A stretch of 61,769 bases of DNA from an uncultured Christensenella sp. GTDB lineage: Bacteria > Bacillota > Clostridia > Christensenellales > UBA1242. A program made the translations under genes and the position numbers. The notes below the pieces were generated by a model. The model ran no database searches. It was not told the DNA's origin and saw only the letters and a list, made by a program, of their open reading frames with translations. Within the stretch, counting starts at the first letter, position 1; every line of letters begins with the position of its first letter. Shown piece after piece: positions 17,808-28,488 of the stretch. The stretch spans positions 1 to 61,769 of the forward strand of contig CASFHD010000004.1 of the NCBI GenBank assembly GCA_949294455.1, in the 5' to 3' direction.

Positions 17808-19598
17808 ATGAGAGAATTTGAAAGTAAATTAAAAGTTTTGCCTCACGAGCCAGGCGTGTATCTAATGAAAGATGAGTATGGACACGTTATTTATGTTGGC
17901 AAAGCAAAAGACTTAAAGAAAAGAGTATGGCAATATTTTCATAGAAAACAAGAAATTCAAAAAGTTAAAAATATGGTTGATAGTGTTAGAGATTTGGACT
18001 ACTTTGTTGTTACTAGTGAATATGATGCTTTGGCGTTAGAAAATAATCTTATAAAAAAATATCAGCCACATTACAATATCCTTTTAAAAGATAGTAAAAG
18101 TTATGCTTATATTAAGATAAATTTAAAACAAAAATTCCCAAGATTTGAGATTTCAAGAAAGTTAGGTAATGGAAAATACTTTGGTCCTTTTTTTGCTGGG
18201 TTAAAGGCTGATGATATTTTGGAAATTATAAATTATGCTTATCCGCTTAGAAAATGCAAATCTATGCCTAAAAAGGCTTGCTTGTACTATCAAATGGGAC
18301 TTTGTTCAGCACCTTGTGAAAATAAAATAAATGAAGTTGATTACAATTTAATTGTAAATTCTGCAATAAAATTTTTAAATGGTGATATTAAAAACATTGA
18401 AGATATATTAAAAGAAAAAATGATGAAAGCATCGAAAAGTGAAAATTTTGAAACTGCATTAAAGTTAAGAGATATGTTGAAAGTTTTAGAAAGGTTAAAA
18501 TCTAAAATTATAACACAACTTAGAACAGACGCAAATTATGATGTATTTGCATTTGAAACTATTGGAAGTTTAAGTGCTTTGTGCTTAATAGTTGTGCGCG
18601 GTGGAAAAATGTTGGGGGTTAGGACTTTTGATATATTAAATTTTATAAATGAAACTGAAGTATATGGCCAATTTTTAACTCAATATTATTCTTCTAATCC
18701 ATATCTGTGTGATGAAATTATTGTCTCTAACTTTTTTGAAGGAATTGATGCTTTTAAAGAATTTATATTTAACAAATATAAAGTAAAGCCAAATATTACA
18801 GTTGCTAATAAGGGGGTTAAATTAAATTTATTGAATATTTGCAAAAATAATGCGAAACTGCACATTCAAAAGAACATTGAAGAAAATCTAAAAAACGAAA
18901 ACTTAACGCTAGGTGCTTTACAAAAACTTAAAAATAGTTTGAATTTATCAGTTTTGCCAAAAAGAATAGAATGTTACGATATTTCAAATACTTTTGGTGT
19001 GGATACTGTTGCATCAATGTCTGTTTTAATAAATGGAAACAAAGCAAAATCGCACTATAGAAAATTCAGGATAAAAAATGTTGATTTTATTGATGATTTT
19101 AAAGCAATGGAAGAAGTTTTAACAAGAAGATTTGAAAAGATATCTAGTGATGATGAAAGTTTTTCTTCAATGCCTGATTTAATAATTTTAGATGGCGGTA
19201 AAGGACAATTAAACAGTGCTATTTCTATTTTAAAAAAATTTAACTATAAAAACGATGTAATAAGCATTGCAAAAAGACTTGATGAAATATTTATACCAAA
19301 TAAAACTGAATCTATATTTTTAAAACGCGGTGATGAGGCTTTAAGGTTGGTGCAATTAGCAAGAGATGAGGCACATAGATTTGCTATTACTTACAATAGG
19401 AGTCTTAGAAATAAAAATACTTATAAAGGAGGATTACAAGCAATCAGTGGTGTTGGTCCTGCTACAAGGCAACTATTGTTATCTCATTTTAAAACGATTT
19501 CCAATATTCAGTCTGCATCACTCGAAGAATTACAATCAGTTAAGGGATTAAATAAAAAAGTCGCCAAAAATGTTTTTGACGCCTTTCATAAATCTTAA
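17808..19598 (+). CDS. uvrC: excinuclease ABC subunit C
   Basis: GIY-YIG domain (PGVYLMKD...YVGKAK), RIECYDIS, DGGKGQL, RDEAHRFA and C-terminal HhH. Confidence 0.97.
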   Translation: MREFESKLKVLPHEPGVYLMKDEYGHVIYVGKAKDLKKRVWQYFHRKQEIQKVKNMVDSVRDLDYFVVTSEYDALALENNLIKKYQPHYNILLKDSKSYAYIKINLKQKFPRFEISRKLGNGKYFGPFFAGLKADDILEIINYAYPLRKCKSMPKKACLYYQMGLCSAPCENKINEVDYNLIVNSAIKFLNGDIKNIEDILKEKMMKASKSENFETALKLRDMLKVLERLKSKIITQLRTDANYDVFAFETIGSLSALCLIVVRGGKMLGVRTFDILNFINETEVYGQFLTQYYSSNPYLCDEIIVSNFFEGIDAFKEFIFNKYKVKPNITVANKGVKLNLLNICKNNAKLHIQKNIEENLKNENLTLGALQKLKNSLNLSVLPKRIECYDISNTFGVDTVASMSVLINGNKAKSHYRKFRIKNVDFIDDFKAMEEVLTRRFEKISSDDESFSSMPDLIILDGGKGQLNSAISILKKFNYKNDVISIAKRLDEIFIPNKTESIFLKRGDEALRLVQLARDEAHRFAITYNRSLRNKNTYKGGLQAISGVGPATRQLLLSHFKTISNIQSASLEELQSVKGLNKKVAKNVFDAFHKS

Positions 19599-19605
19599 AG
19601 TTATC

Positions 19606-20481
19606 TTAAATAAGCGGATAATCACTTACTGCAAGTCCTATTGCTACAGATTTTGCCCCTATGTGACAGGCTATGCTAAGAGGTAGAGGATCGACTGAAA
19701 AAATAGGTATTTTAGGTAGTGATTCAATTGCCATTTGTTTAAAGTGTTCAATTTCAATTTCGTTGTCACTATGAGCAAAAGCTAAATACAATTTATTTTC
19801 TTTATATTCATTTGAAAATCTTGTTTCAATTTCTTTTTTAATTTGAGCAATCATCTTTGTTTCTGCTTGCTTTACATTTAACACTTTTGCAAATGTATCA
19901 AGTTTTCCGCACTGAATAGTCAGTACAGGCTTTATTCCTAAAAGCGCTCCAAGTGCCGCTGCTGCTGGGGTTATTCGACCTCCTTTTTTTAAATATTTTA
20001 AGGTAGGTACCATTATATAAATCGAATTCAGTCCAGAATTTTTTTCTAAAATTTCCTTTATCTCTTTTGCAGTTTTAGATTCATTCGCCAAATATCTTGC
20101 CTCAATTAGTGTAGGCTTTAATGTAACGGATATTCGTTTGTTATCTACCACTTGAACTTTACCGTTATAGCGCTCTGCATATTTTTTTGCAGATTCTGTT
20201 GACATAGATAAGGCAGATGACATTGGTATGTGAACAATTTCATCATATTCTTTTAATAGTTCGTCCCAAACGCTTGTTACTTCATATTCGCTAGGTTGAG
20301 AGGTTGACACATCTTTGTTTTCCTGTAAATATTTATAAAATTCTTTATGTGTTAAATCTTTATTTTCGTGATACTCATTTCCGTCAACAATAAAGGGCAT
20401 TGGTATTATGTGAATATCATATTTTTTTTGTAAATTTTCTTCAAGACCAGAATTGCTGTCAGATACTATTGCAATTTTCAT
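19606..20481 (-). CDS. DegV/FakB fatty-acid-binding protein
   Basis: IVSDSNS, STSQPS, LKYLKKGGRI, IKPVL and HIG motifs. Confidence 0.94.
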   Translation of the reverse strand: MKIAIVSDSNSGLEENLQKKYDIHIIPMPFIVDGNEYHENKDLTHKEFYKYLQENKDVSTSQPSEYEVTSVWDELLKEYDEIVHIPMSSALSMSTESAKKYAERYNGKVQVVDNKRISVTLKPTLIEARYLANESKTAKEIKEILEKNSGLNSIYIMVPTLKYLKKGGRITPAAAALGALLGIKPVLTIQCGKLDTFAKVLNVKQAETKMIAQIKKEIETRFSNEYKENKLYLAFAHSDNEIEIEHFKQMAIESLPKIPIFSVDPLPLSIACHIGAKSVAIGLAVSDYPLI

Positions 20482-20605
20482 AACTTCTCCTTGTTTGCAT
20501 ATTCAGTAAATTTTAACATAAAATTTGTTTTTTTTAAAATAAATTCACAAATTTTAGTCAATTTTTTTAATTTTTTAACATTTTTTTTAAAATTTTTCAC
20601 TTTTT

Positions 20606-21352
20606 TTAAAGAATTACAAGTATTGCAGATAAAATTATCAAATATATTGCGAAAACTTTTAATTTTACTTTTTTAATAAATTTTAGCATAAATTTTATAG
20701 AAATTATTCCAAAGATAAACGATGTAATGAAAGCAAATATTAATGGCGTGATTTGACTTGATGATATTTGTGGCTGTTTGATAAAAATTTCGTATAATAG
20801 CGAACAAATTATTATCGGGATACTCATTATAAAGGAAAAGTCAGTTGCTTTTTCTTTGTCCAGCCCTATTATAATACCTGAAATTAGAGTGCTTCCGCTT
20901 CTGCTAATACCAGGAAATATTGCAAAACCTTGAACAGTCCCCATAATAAAAGCAGATTTATAATCTAACGGATTATTCCTTTGAGGCAAAAGGTCAACTA
21001 AAAATAAAAACATTGCTGTCAACAAAAAACTAATGACTAAAAGAGTCCCTGAAAAAATTGAATCAATGAAATTATTTAACAATAATACAATCAAAATTGT
21101 GGGTATTGTTGCGATTATTAATAGTTTAGAATTTTTTTTTGTTGGGTGTGAAATAATATCAAATACTTCTTTTCTGTATATAATCAATACAGCAATCAAT
21201 GTCCCTAAGTGTGCTACTATTGATAGTAGTAGATTGTCCGCATCAATATTTAAAAGTTTCGATAAAATTACAATGTGTCCGCTAGATGATACAGGTAAAA
21301 ATTCAGTCAATCCTTGTATAATACCGATTATAGAATATTTTATAATTTCCAT
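20606..21352 (-). CDS. uppP: undecaprenyl-diphosphate phosphatase
   Basis: QGLTEFLPVSSSGH and PGISRSGST motifs. Confidence 0.95.
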   Translation of the reverse strand: MEIIKYSIIGIIQGLTEFLPVSSSGHIVILSKLLNIDADNLLLSIVAHLGTLIAVLIIYRKEVFDIISHPTKKNSKLLIIATIPTILIVLLLNNFIDSIFSGTLLVISFLLTAMFLFLVDLLPQRNNPLDYKSAFIMGTVQGFAIFPGISRSGSTLISGIIIGLDKEKATDFSFIMSIPIIICSLLYEIFIKQPQISSSQITPLIFAFITSFIFGIISIKFMLKFIKKVKLKVFAIYLIILSAILVIL

Positions 21353-21494
21353 AGTTGTTTATTATGCTAAATTATAATATTTATAACAATTTATATAAAA
21401 ATTATTGCAAAAGTTTGACTTTTGTATTACAATAAGTGAAATTGATTTAATTTGTAATAAAAATTAAAAAATCAATGTATTTTTTGAGGATTTT

Positions 21495-21935
21495 ATGAAC
21501 GAATGTAAAATTGATGTCCCTGCCGATAAAGAATTAAAAATCGGGCTAAATCAATACAAAAAAGATGGGGATAAAAACTTATTAAGACTGCTTTATATTA
21601 GAAATGCAAATAAATTAAAACATATAATTGATAAATCAAAAGTTAAAATTAATGATTTGAATGAACAAAATAGAATTTTATCATTAGTAGGACTTTGTGA
21701 TTCTATACTAATTGTTCCATCATTTTTATGCGAAAATTTACTTGCTACGATTTTATGTGGAGCAGTAGGTGTTAGTGCGTATTTAAAAATGGCTTTAAAT
21801 AGCTCAAAAATTAAACATATTTTAGAAAAGGCTAGAAATTGCGAGAATTTATTAAAAGATGCTAAAAATATTTTAGAAATTAATACTGATAAATACATTG
21901 AAGATGATAACAAGTTGGTTTTAGTACAAAGTTAG
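21495..21935 (+). CDS. hypothetical protein with central hydrophobic hairpin
   Basis: GAGG SD and its own upstream promoter-like sequence. No known motif. Confidence 0.55.
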   Translation: MNECKIDVPADKELKIGLNQYKKDGDKNLLRLLYIRNANKLKHIIDKSKVKINDLNEQNRILSLVGLCDSILIVPSFLCENLLATILCGAVGVSAYLKMALNSSKIKHILEKARNCENLLKDAKNILEINTDKYIEDDNKLVLVQS

Positions 21936-22070
21936 AATCTAATTGATTAATTTAATTTTTATAAATTCAAAATTTTAAAATTATAAAATTTGTGTATTTC
22001 AATTTGAAATATTAAAATTACGACATAAAATGTTGTTTAGATTACATTATTTTAATTATTTAGGAGAAAT

Positions 22071-23162
22071 ATGGAATTAGGCATAGTTGGGCTTCCTAAT
22101 GTTGGGAAAAGCACATTATTTAATGCAATAACTCGTGCTGGGGCAATGAGTGCAAATTATCCTTTTTGTACAATTGAACCAAATGTGGGTATTGTTGATG
22201 TAAAAGATGAACGATTGAATGTTTTGGCAAAAATCTATAATACGGAAAAAATTACACCTGCTCAAGTTAAATTTGTTGATATTGCTGGATTAGTGAAAGG
22301 AGCAAGCGAAGGAGCAGGGCTTGGAAATAAATTTTTAAGTCATATTCGAGAAGTTGATGCTATAGTTGAAGTTGTCCGTTGTTTTAAAGATGACAACATA
22401 ATACATGTAGATGGCAGTGTAGATGCGTTAAGAGATATTGAAACAATAAATCTTGAATTGATTTTATCAGATATCGAAACAATTGAAAAAAGATTGTCAA
22501 GAGTCTCTAAAATTGCAAATGGCAGTAAAGATGAGTTGGCAAAAAAAGAAATGGACCTTTTACTAAAAATAAAAGAGGTTTTGTCTAATGGTATGCCTGC
22601 CAGAAGTCTTAAATTAGATGATGAGGAAGATTTGCTTTTGAAACAATTTTTTTTGATTACATCAAAACCTATCATATATGTTGCGAACACTTCTGAAGAA
22701 CTTGATGATTTTCAAAATCAAAATATACAAAAGATTAAAAATTATGCAAACGACGAAGGTGCTCAAGTGGTTGTGTTATGTGCAAAATTAGAAGAAGATT
22801 TGTTGAATTTAGATGATGACGAACGAGAAATGTTTTTAAAAGAATTAAACATTACAAATACGGGGCTTGATAAATTAATTGTTGCTAGTTTTGATCTTTT
22901 AGGATTGCAAACTTTTTTAACTGCTGGAGAAAAGGAAGTTCGTGCTTGGACTATAAAAAAAGGCACACTTGCTCCTCAGGCGGCGGGTGTTATTCATAGC
23001 GATTTTGAACGAGGATTCATTAGGGCTGAAATTGTAAAATATAATGACCTAGTGGAATGTGGTGATTTTAATAAGGCTCGAGAAAAAGGAAAAATGATTA
23101 GTGCTGGTAAAGATTATGTTATGCAAGATGGCGATGTTGTAAATTTTAAATTTAATGTATAA
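22071..23162 (+). CDS. ychF: redox-regulated ATPase YchF
   Basis: GLPNVGKST, NYPFCTIEPN, DIAGLV and a TGS domain. Confidence 0.97.
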   Translation: MELGIVGLPNVGKSTLFNAITRAGAMSANYPFCTIEPNVGIVDVKDERLNVLAKIYNTEKITPAQVKFVDIAGLVKGASEGAGLGNKFLSHIREVDAIVEVVRCFKDDNIIHVDGSVDALRDIETINLELILSDIETIEKRLSRVSKIANGSKDELAKKEMDLLLKIKEVLSNGMPARSLKLDDEEDLLLKQFFLITSKPIIYVANTSEELDDFQNQNIQKIKNYANDEGAQVVVLCAKLEEDLLNLDDDEREMFLKELNITNTGLDKLIVASFDLLGLQTFLTAGEKEVRAWTIKKGTLAPQAAGVIHSDFERGFIRAEIVKYNDLVECGDFNKAREKGKMISAGKDYVMQDGDVVNFKFNV

Positions 23163-23182
23163 AATAGTATGTAGAGGATTGT

Positions 23183-23704
23183 ATGAAAAAAGATAAAAAT
23201 CAAGAAATAGTTTTGGGAGAGAAAATAAAAGAAATAAAAATCAATAGGGAAATTTTTGTAAAAAAGCAGATTTTATTGTATGCTGTTTTATTGATAGCTC
23301 TTTCTAGTATAACCATTTCGGTAATGGTTATATGGAATAGTTTTTTGATGATTGCAATAGGCATTGTTATAATAATATTTTTTACTGTTTTATGTATGTT
23401 AAGTATTTATAAGTTTACAAGGAAAATTAGTTATACATTGTATTCTAATGCAATAGTTACAGAAATTGATACTATGGTTGAAAAAATTCCTCTTTTATAC
23501 CTAGTAGATGCTAAAATTTATTCTTCATTTTTATCAAAAGTATTGAATTATAACACAAAGCGAATTGTTTTATATTTTAATGACAAATCTCAAAGCAAAA
23601 AAACTCTATATAGCATAACAGAAGATGCTGAAGCTCTTGTGGAACAAATAAAAAATTTAGCAAACAATTTAAAAAAATCAGAAGAAATAAATAAAAATAA
23701 TTAA
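23183..23704 (+). CDS. two-TM membrane protein
   Basis: GAGG SD, two TM segments and a soluble C-terminus. Confidence 0.6.
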   Translation: MKKDKNQEIVLGEKIKEIKINREIFVKKQILLYAVLLIALSSITISVMVIWNSFLMIAIGIVIIIFFTVLCMLSIYKFTRKISYTLYSNAIVTEIDTMVEKIPLLYLVDAKIYSSFLSKVLNYNTKRIVLYFNDKSQSKKTLYSITEDAEALVEQIKNLANNLKKSEEINKNN

Positions 23705-23784
23705 TAAAAAATATAATAATTTTACATTTATCTTTATGGATAACATTTTTATCAATTTTACAAACTAAGCATAAAAGGATTTTT

Positions 23785-24471
23785 ATACTAAAGTTTTTAT
23801 ATTTTTTTATTATTGTTCCAATTCTATTTTGTCCTCCGACAAATGATATGATAGACTTATTTAGTGAGGCTAGTATGATTAAAGTTTATAACAATGGTCA
23901 AATCATTGAAATGACTGAAGAAGAACAAAATAAGTTTGATAAATTGTTTTGTGATGCAATCTCTAATTCAAGACAAATGCCTGCTTTTGGCGTAAGTTTG
24001 CATAATTCGACTATTGAAGAAATGCAATATGGTATATGGGTTAAATTTTTATTCAATAAAACTATAGTTAAATCTGAAATGTCTTTTGATGAACTTTTAA
24101 TTTGTGTGCAAAAAGATTGTCATGGCGTGAATGTTATTAGAGGTAACAAAGGTAGATATGAAGGCAGATGTTATTATTTAGATTTAGATAAGACTCTTGA
24201 TGATGTCTATGACTATCTTAATAGTTTAGATGGTAAACAGAATCTTGGAGTAAAAAAACAACAGCAAAGTCAAGAGATTGAAATCACTTTTAATTCAAGT
24301 TATTATACAGATAATAACAATAATTCAGGTGATAATTGTAAATCTGATAATAAAAATAATGTTTTAAATAAAGAACAAAGTGATAATTGCTCTTTGGTTA
24401 ATTATACATTAAATGATTATTACAATGGTTTAAATAAATCACAAAAAGAATTATTAAAATGTCTTAATTAA
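23785..24471 (+). CDS. hypothetical, probably exported protein (possible ATA start at 23785; first ATG at 23848)
   Basis: An in-frame hydrophobic signal-like extension begins at an ATA 5 nt after an AAGGA SD. Confidence 0.55.
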   Translation: MLKFLYFFIIVPILFCPPTNDMIDLFSEASMIKVYNNGQIIEMTEEEQNKFDKLFCDAISNSRQMPAFGVSLHNSTIEEMQYGIWVKFLFNKTIVKSEMSFDELLICVQKDCHGVNVIRGNKGRYEGRCYYLDLDKTLDDVYDYLNSLDGKQNLGVKKQQQSQEIEITFNSSYYTDNNNNSGDNCKSDNKNNVLNKEQSDNCSLVNYTLNDYYNGLNKSQKELLKCLN

Positions 24472-24552
24472 ACCTATCTATTGTTTAAATTTTTTTAAAA
24501 ATAATTTGTTTAATGTAGTTTAATATACTATAATTAATCTATGAGGTGTTCT

Positions 24553-26817
24553 ATGAAAGATGAAATGGTTTTTAATGATAATTTTATTGGCTGGAATGGA
24601 TTTAAAGGTGAAAAGTGGAAAAATGAAATTAATGTTTCAGATTTTATTGATTCCAATTATAAAGAATATAAGGGGGATGATAGTTTCCTAGTTGGTAAAA
24701 GTAAAAAAACGGCTAAAGTTTGGGCTAAATGTGAAAAATTGTTGGCTATTGAAAGAAACAAACATTTGTTAGATGTCGATTTAAAAAGAATTTCTGGCAT
24801 TAATAATTTTCCTGCCGGCTATATAGATAAATCAAATGAAGTTATTTTTGGTTTGCAATCGGATAAACCGCTAAAAAGAATTATTAATCCTTTTGGTGGT
24901 ATTAGAATGGTTGAAAATGCTTTAGATGCCTACAATAAAAAAATGGATTCTAAAACGAAAATGATTTTTGACCAAATGGTTAGAAAAACTCACAATGATG
25001 GCGTTTTTGATGCTTATACTCCAGACATTCGTAATGCTCGTCGTGCAGGCCTTATCACTGGTCTTCCTGATGCTTATGGTCGTGGGCGTATCATTGGTGA
25101 TTATAGACGCGTTGCTTTATATGGTATTAATAGATTAATTGAAGAAAAACAAAAAGACTTGAATTCTAAAGAGCTCCTTGAGATTGATTGTGAAGAAAAG
25201 ATTCGTTTAAGAGAAGAAGTTAGCGAACAAATCAGAGCTTTATATAAAATTAAAGATATGGCAAAGACATATGGTTTTGATATATCTCTTCCAGCAATTA
25301 ATGCTAAAGAGGCTTTTCAGTGGACTTATTTTGCATACCTTGCTTCAGTTAAAGAAAATAATGGTGCAGCAATGAGTTTGGGTCGAGTTTCTACTTTCCT
25401 TGATATTTATATCGAAAGAGATATTGAAAGGGGAATTTTAAATGAGGGACTTGCTCAAGAACTTGTGGATCAATTCACTATAAAACTCCGCCTTGTTCGT
25501 CATTTAAGAACTCCAGATTATGACGAAATTTTTGCTGGTGATCCTACTTGGGTTACTGAAAGTATTGGGGGTATGCTGGACGAAAAAAGAAGTTTGGTTA
25601 CAAAAAATTCATTTAGATTTTTACATAGCCTTATAAATTTGGACTCATCTCCAGAACCTAACCTAACTATTTTATGGTCAACTAGATTGCCTATGAATTT
25701 CAAGATGTACTGTGCTAAAATATCTATTTTAACTGATAGTATTCAATATGAAAGTGATGATGTTATGAATCCTATTTATGGGCACGACTACGCTATTGCT
25801 TGTTGTGTTTCTGCAATGAAAATTGGAAAACAAATGCAATTCTTTGGTGCCAGATGCAATCTCGCTAAATCATTACTATACTCTATTAATGAAGGCAAAG
25901 ATGAAAAAAATGGTGCTTTAGTTGTTAAAGGTATTGCAAAAATGAATGACGAAATCCTTGATTATACAAAGGTTAAAAAATCATATTTTGAAGTGCTCGA
26001 TAAAGTTGCAAAAACTTATATAGATGCTCTGAATATTATTCATTATATGCATGATAAATATGCGTATGAAGCAGGTCAAATGGCTTTACACGATACAGAA
26101 ATTGAAAGATTAATGGCTTTTGGCGTAGCTGGTCTTTCTGTCGCAACAGATTCTCTTTCTGCTATTAAGTATGCAATAGTTAAACCTATTAGAAATGAAG
26201 ATGGTATTGCTGTTGACTTTAAAGTAGATGGAGATTTCCCTAAATATGGTAATGATGATGATAAAGTAGATAAAATAGCAGTTGAAATTGTTGAACATTT
26301 TATTTCTTCTTTAAGAAAACATAAACTTTATAGAAATGCTAAACATACTTTATCTGCACTTACAATTACTTCTAATGTTATGTATGGCAAGAAAACAGGC
26401 AATACTCCAGATGGGAGAAAGGCTGGTGAGCCTTTTGCTCCTGGTGCTAATCCTATGCACGGAAGAGATTGCAATGGAGCACTTGCTTCATTAAATTCAG
26501 TTGCAAAAATTCCTTATTGTGATTGCTGTCAAGATGGAGTTTCAAATACATTCTCAATCATACCAAATGCCTTAGGACATAATGAAAAGGATAGAATTAA
26601 AAATCTTGTGGCTATCTTAGATGGCTATTTTCAACAAGGCGCACAACATATTAATGTGAATGTATTAGATAGAGAAAAACTTATTGATGCGATGAATAAT
26701 CCTGATAAATATCCAACTCTTACAATAAGAGTTTCTGGTTATGCAGTAAATTTTAACAAATTATCTCGTGCGCATCAGGAAGAGGTAATTGCAAGAACTT
26801 TCCACGAAAAAATTTAA
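24553..26817 (+). CDS. pflB: pyruvate formate-lyase (formate C-acetyltransferase)
   Basis: [17 protein letters not shown], active-site IACCVS and glycyl-radical RVSGYAV. GAGGTG SD. Confidence 0.98.
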   Translation: MKDEMVFNDNFIGWNGFKGEKWKNEINVSDFIDSNYKEYKGDDSFLVGKSKKTAKVWAKCEKLLAIERNKHLLDVDLKRISGINNFPAGYIDKSNEVIFGLQSDKPLKRIINPFGGIRMVENALDAYNKKMDSKTKMIFDQMVRKTHNDGVFDAYTPDIRNARRAGLITGLPDAYGRGRIIGDYRRVALYGINRLIEEKQKDLNSKELLEIDCEEKIRLREEVSEQIRALYKIKDMAKTYGFDISLPAINAKEAFQWTYFAYLASVKENNGAAMSLGRVSTFLDIYIERDIERGILNEGLAQELVDQFTIKLRLVRHLRTPDYDEIFAGDPTWVTESIGGMLDEKRSLVTKNSFRFLHSLINLDSSPEPNLTILWSTRLPMNFKMYCAKISILTDSIQYESDDVMNPIYGHDYAIACCVSAMKIGKQMQFFGARCNLAKSLLYSINEGKDEKNGALVVKGIAKMNDEILDYTKVKKSYFEVLDKVAKTYIDALNIIHYMHDKYAYEAGQMALHDTEIERLMAFGVAGLSVATDSLSAIKYAIVKPIRNEDGIAVDFKVDGDFPKYGNDDDKVDKIAVEIVEHFISSLRKHKLYRNAKHTLSALTITSNVMYGKKTGNTPDGRKAGEPFAPGANPMHGRDCNGALASLNSVAKIPYCDCCQDGVSNTFSIIPNALGHNEKDRIKNLVAILDGYFQQGAQHINVNVLDREKLIDAMNNPDKYPTLTIRVSGYAVNFNKLSRAHQEEVIARTFHEKI

Positions 26818-26830
26818 CAAGTAGGTATAT

Positions 26831-27413
26831 ATGAATTTTAACAAAGATGAATATTTAGATTTTATTAATAATATAAAATATGACTATTAAAACAATATTA
26901 TTTGTCAAGAAAATCGTGAATTTTTCAATAAAAAGTTATCAGGTTTTTGTTTGATACAGTTAATAAAATTTTAAAAAGGTTCTACAGAAAATGTAGGCTG
27001 TAGTCTTAATTTTTCTTTATTTTTATTAGCAAAATACCCAGGTCTTTTTATGACTTTTAAGGACAAAGGTGGGATTCATTGCTCTTTTGTTTATCAAGAA
27101 GATGCTCGGTTATTTGTAGCTGACCCCGCAAGCGAAAAAATATGTAACACAAATGGAAAGTTTTATAAAATACCATTAAAAAATTATAATTATGAATTTC
27201 TCAATCAATAATATACTATTCATTATGATATTTATAGAACTTCTTAAAATCAATTTATTCCTAACATTCTTGCTCGGTGAAAAATTAAGAACTTCTGATT
27301 TGCAATTTTTAACTAATGAACAAATTAGTAATTTGATAGCTGTCATAGAAAAGAATGAAAAAAAAATTTGAAGAGGAGAGGAAAATTTATTATCAAATAA
27401 ATTGTCTTTTTTA
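26831..27413 (+). pseudogene. degraded gene, transglutaminase-like Cys-His-Asp fold remnant
   Basis: SD and ATG 26831, several stops and frameshifts. The open stretch 26981-27208 reads ..VGCS..GGIHCSFVY..LFVADPA.. Confidence 0.5.
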
Positions 27414-27419
27414 AAATTT

Positions 27420-28157
27420 ATGAATGAAAATTTAGAAAATATTACGGGAAATATTAATAGTGTAGAAACAATGGGACTTGTTGATGGTCCAGGTATTAGG
27501 TATGTTGTATTTTGTCAAGGTTGTCAATTAAGATGTTTATATTGTCATAATCCAGAAACCTGGGACATTAATAGTAAATGTATAAAAATTACACCTACAG
27601 AACTTTTAGAAAAAATAAAAAGGTATAAAAATTATTATGGAAAAGAAGGCGGGGTTACTTTTTCGGGCGGTGAACCTTTATTGCAACCAAAATTTTTAGC
27701 ACAATGCTTAAAACTTTGTAAAGCTGAAGGAATAAACACAGTTTTGGATACTGCTGGTGTTGGCTTTGGGGAATATGATGAAATATTAAAATATACTGAC
27801 CTTGTTATTTTAGATATTAAAGCAGTAAAAGAAGATGATTATCAGCATATAACAGGGCAATCAATGACACGTTTTAAAAAATTTCTATCTGCTTGTCAAC
27901 AACATAATGTTAAATTATGGTTACGACAAGTTATTGTTCCTTCTATAAATGACACTGTGGAAAATATAAATAATTTGAAAGAATTTATTTCTAAAATAAA
28001 AAATGTTGAAAAAGTTGAGTTGTTGCCGTATAAAACAATAGGTGTACATAAATATAAAGATTTAGATATAAGGTATCGACTTGAAGGTATTGAAGATATG
28101 GATGAGAGTAAATGTAAAGAATTAGAAAAAATATTAACAAATGAAAGCAATTTTTAA
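27420..28157 (+). CDS. pflA: pyruvate formate-lyase activating enzyme (radical SAM)
   Basis: VDGPGIR, GCQLRCLYCHNPETW and SGGEPLLQ motifs. Confidence 0.96.
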   Translation: MNENLENITGNINSVETMGLVDGPGIRYVVFCQGCQLRCLYCHNPETWDINSKCIKITPTELLEKIKRYKNYYGKEGGVTFSGGEPLLQPKFLAQCLKLCKAEGINTVLDTAGVGFGEYDEILKYTDLVILDIKAVKEDDYQHITGQSMTRFKKFLSACQQHNVKLWLRQVIVPSINDTVENINNLKEFISKIKNVEKVELLPYKTIGVHKYKDLDIRYRLEGIEDMDESKCKELEKILTNESNF

Positions 28158-28488
28158 TCTAAAAGATTAGAAATATTGCTATATTAAAACCTATAGAACA
28201 ATACACATAGTGTTTTGAAATATTTTTTAACTAGTTTCAAATGTACTAACCTTAATCTTTTATTTAATACTAATATAATATAAAATGCTACTTACTTTGT
28301 TAAGTAGTACTTTTTAGATAGTTTGAAATTAACTTTACATTGATTTATTATTTTAAATAAAACGACTTTTTTGTGTTAAAAGCATTTTGTATTTTTTGGT
28401 TTTCAAAAAATTTGTTATTAATTATAAATTCAATTTTAAATTTAAAACATAAACAGCATTAAAAATTTTTAAAATATATTATTATAAA

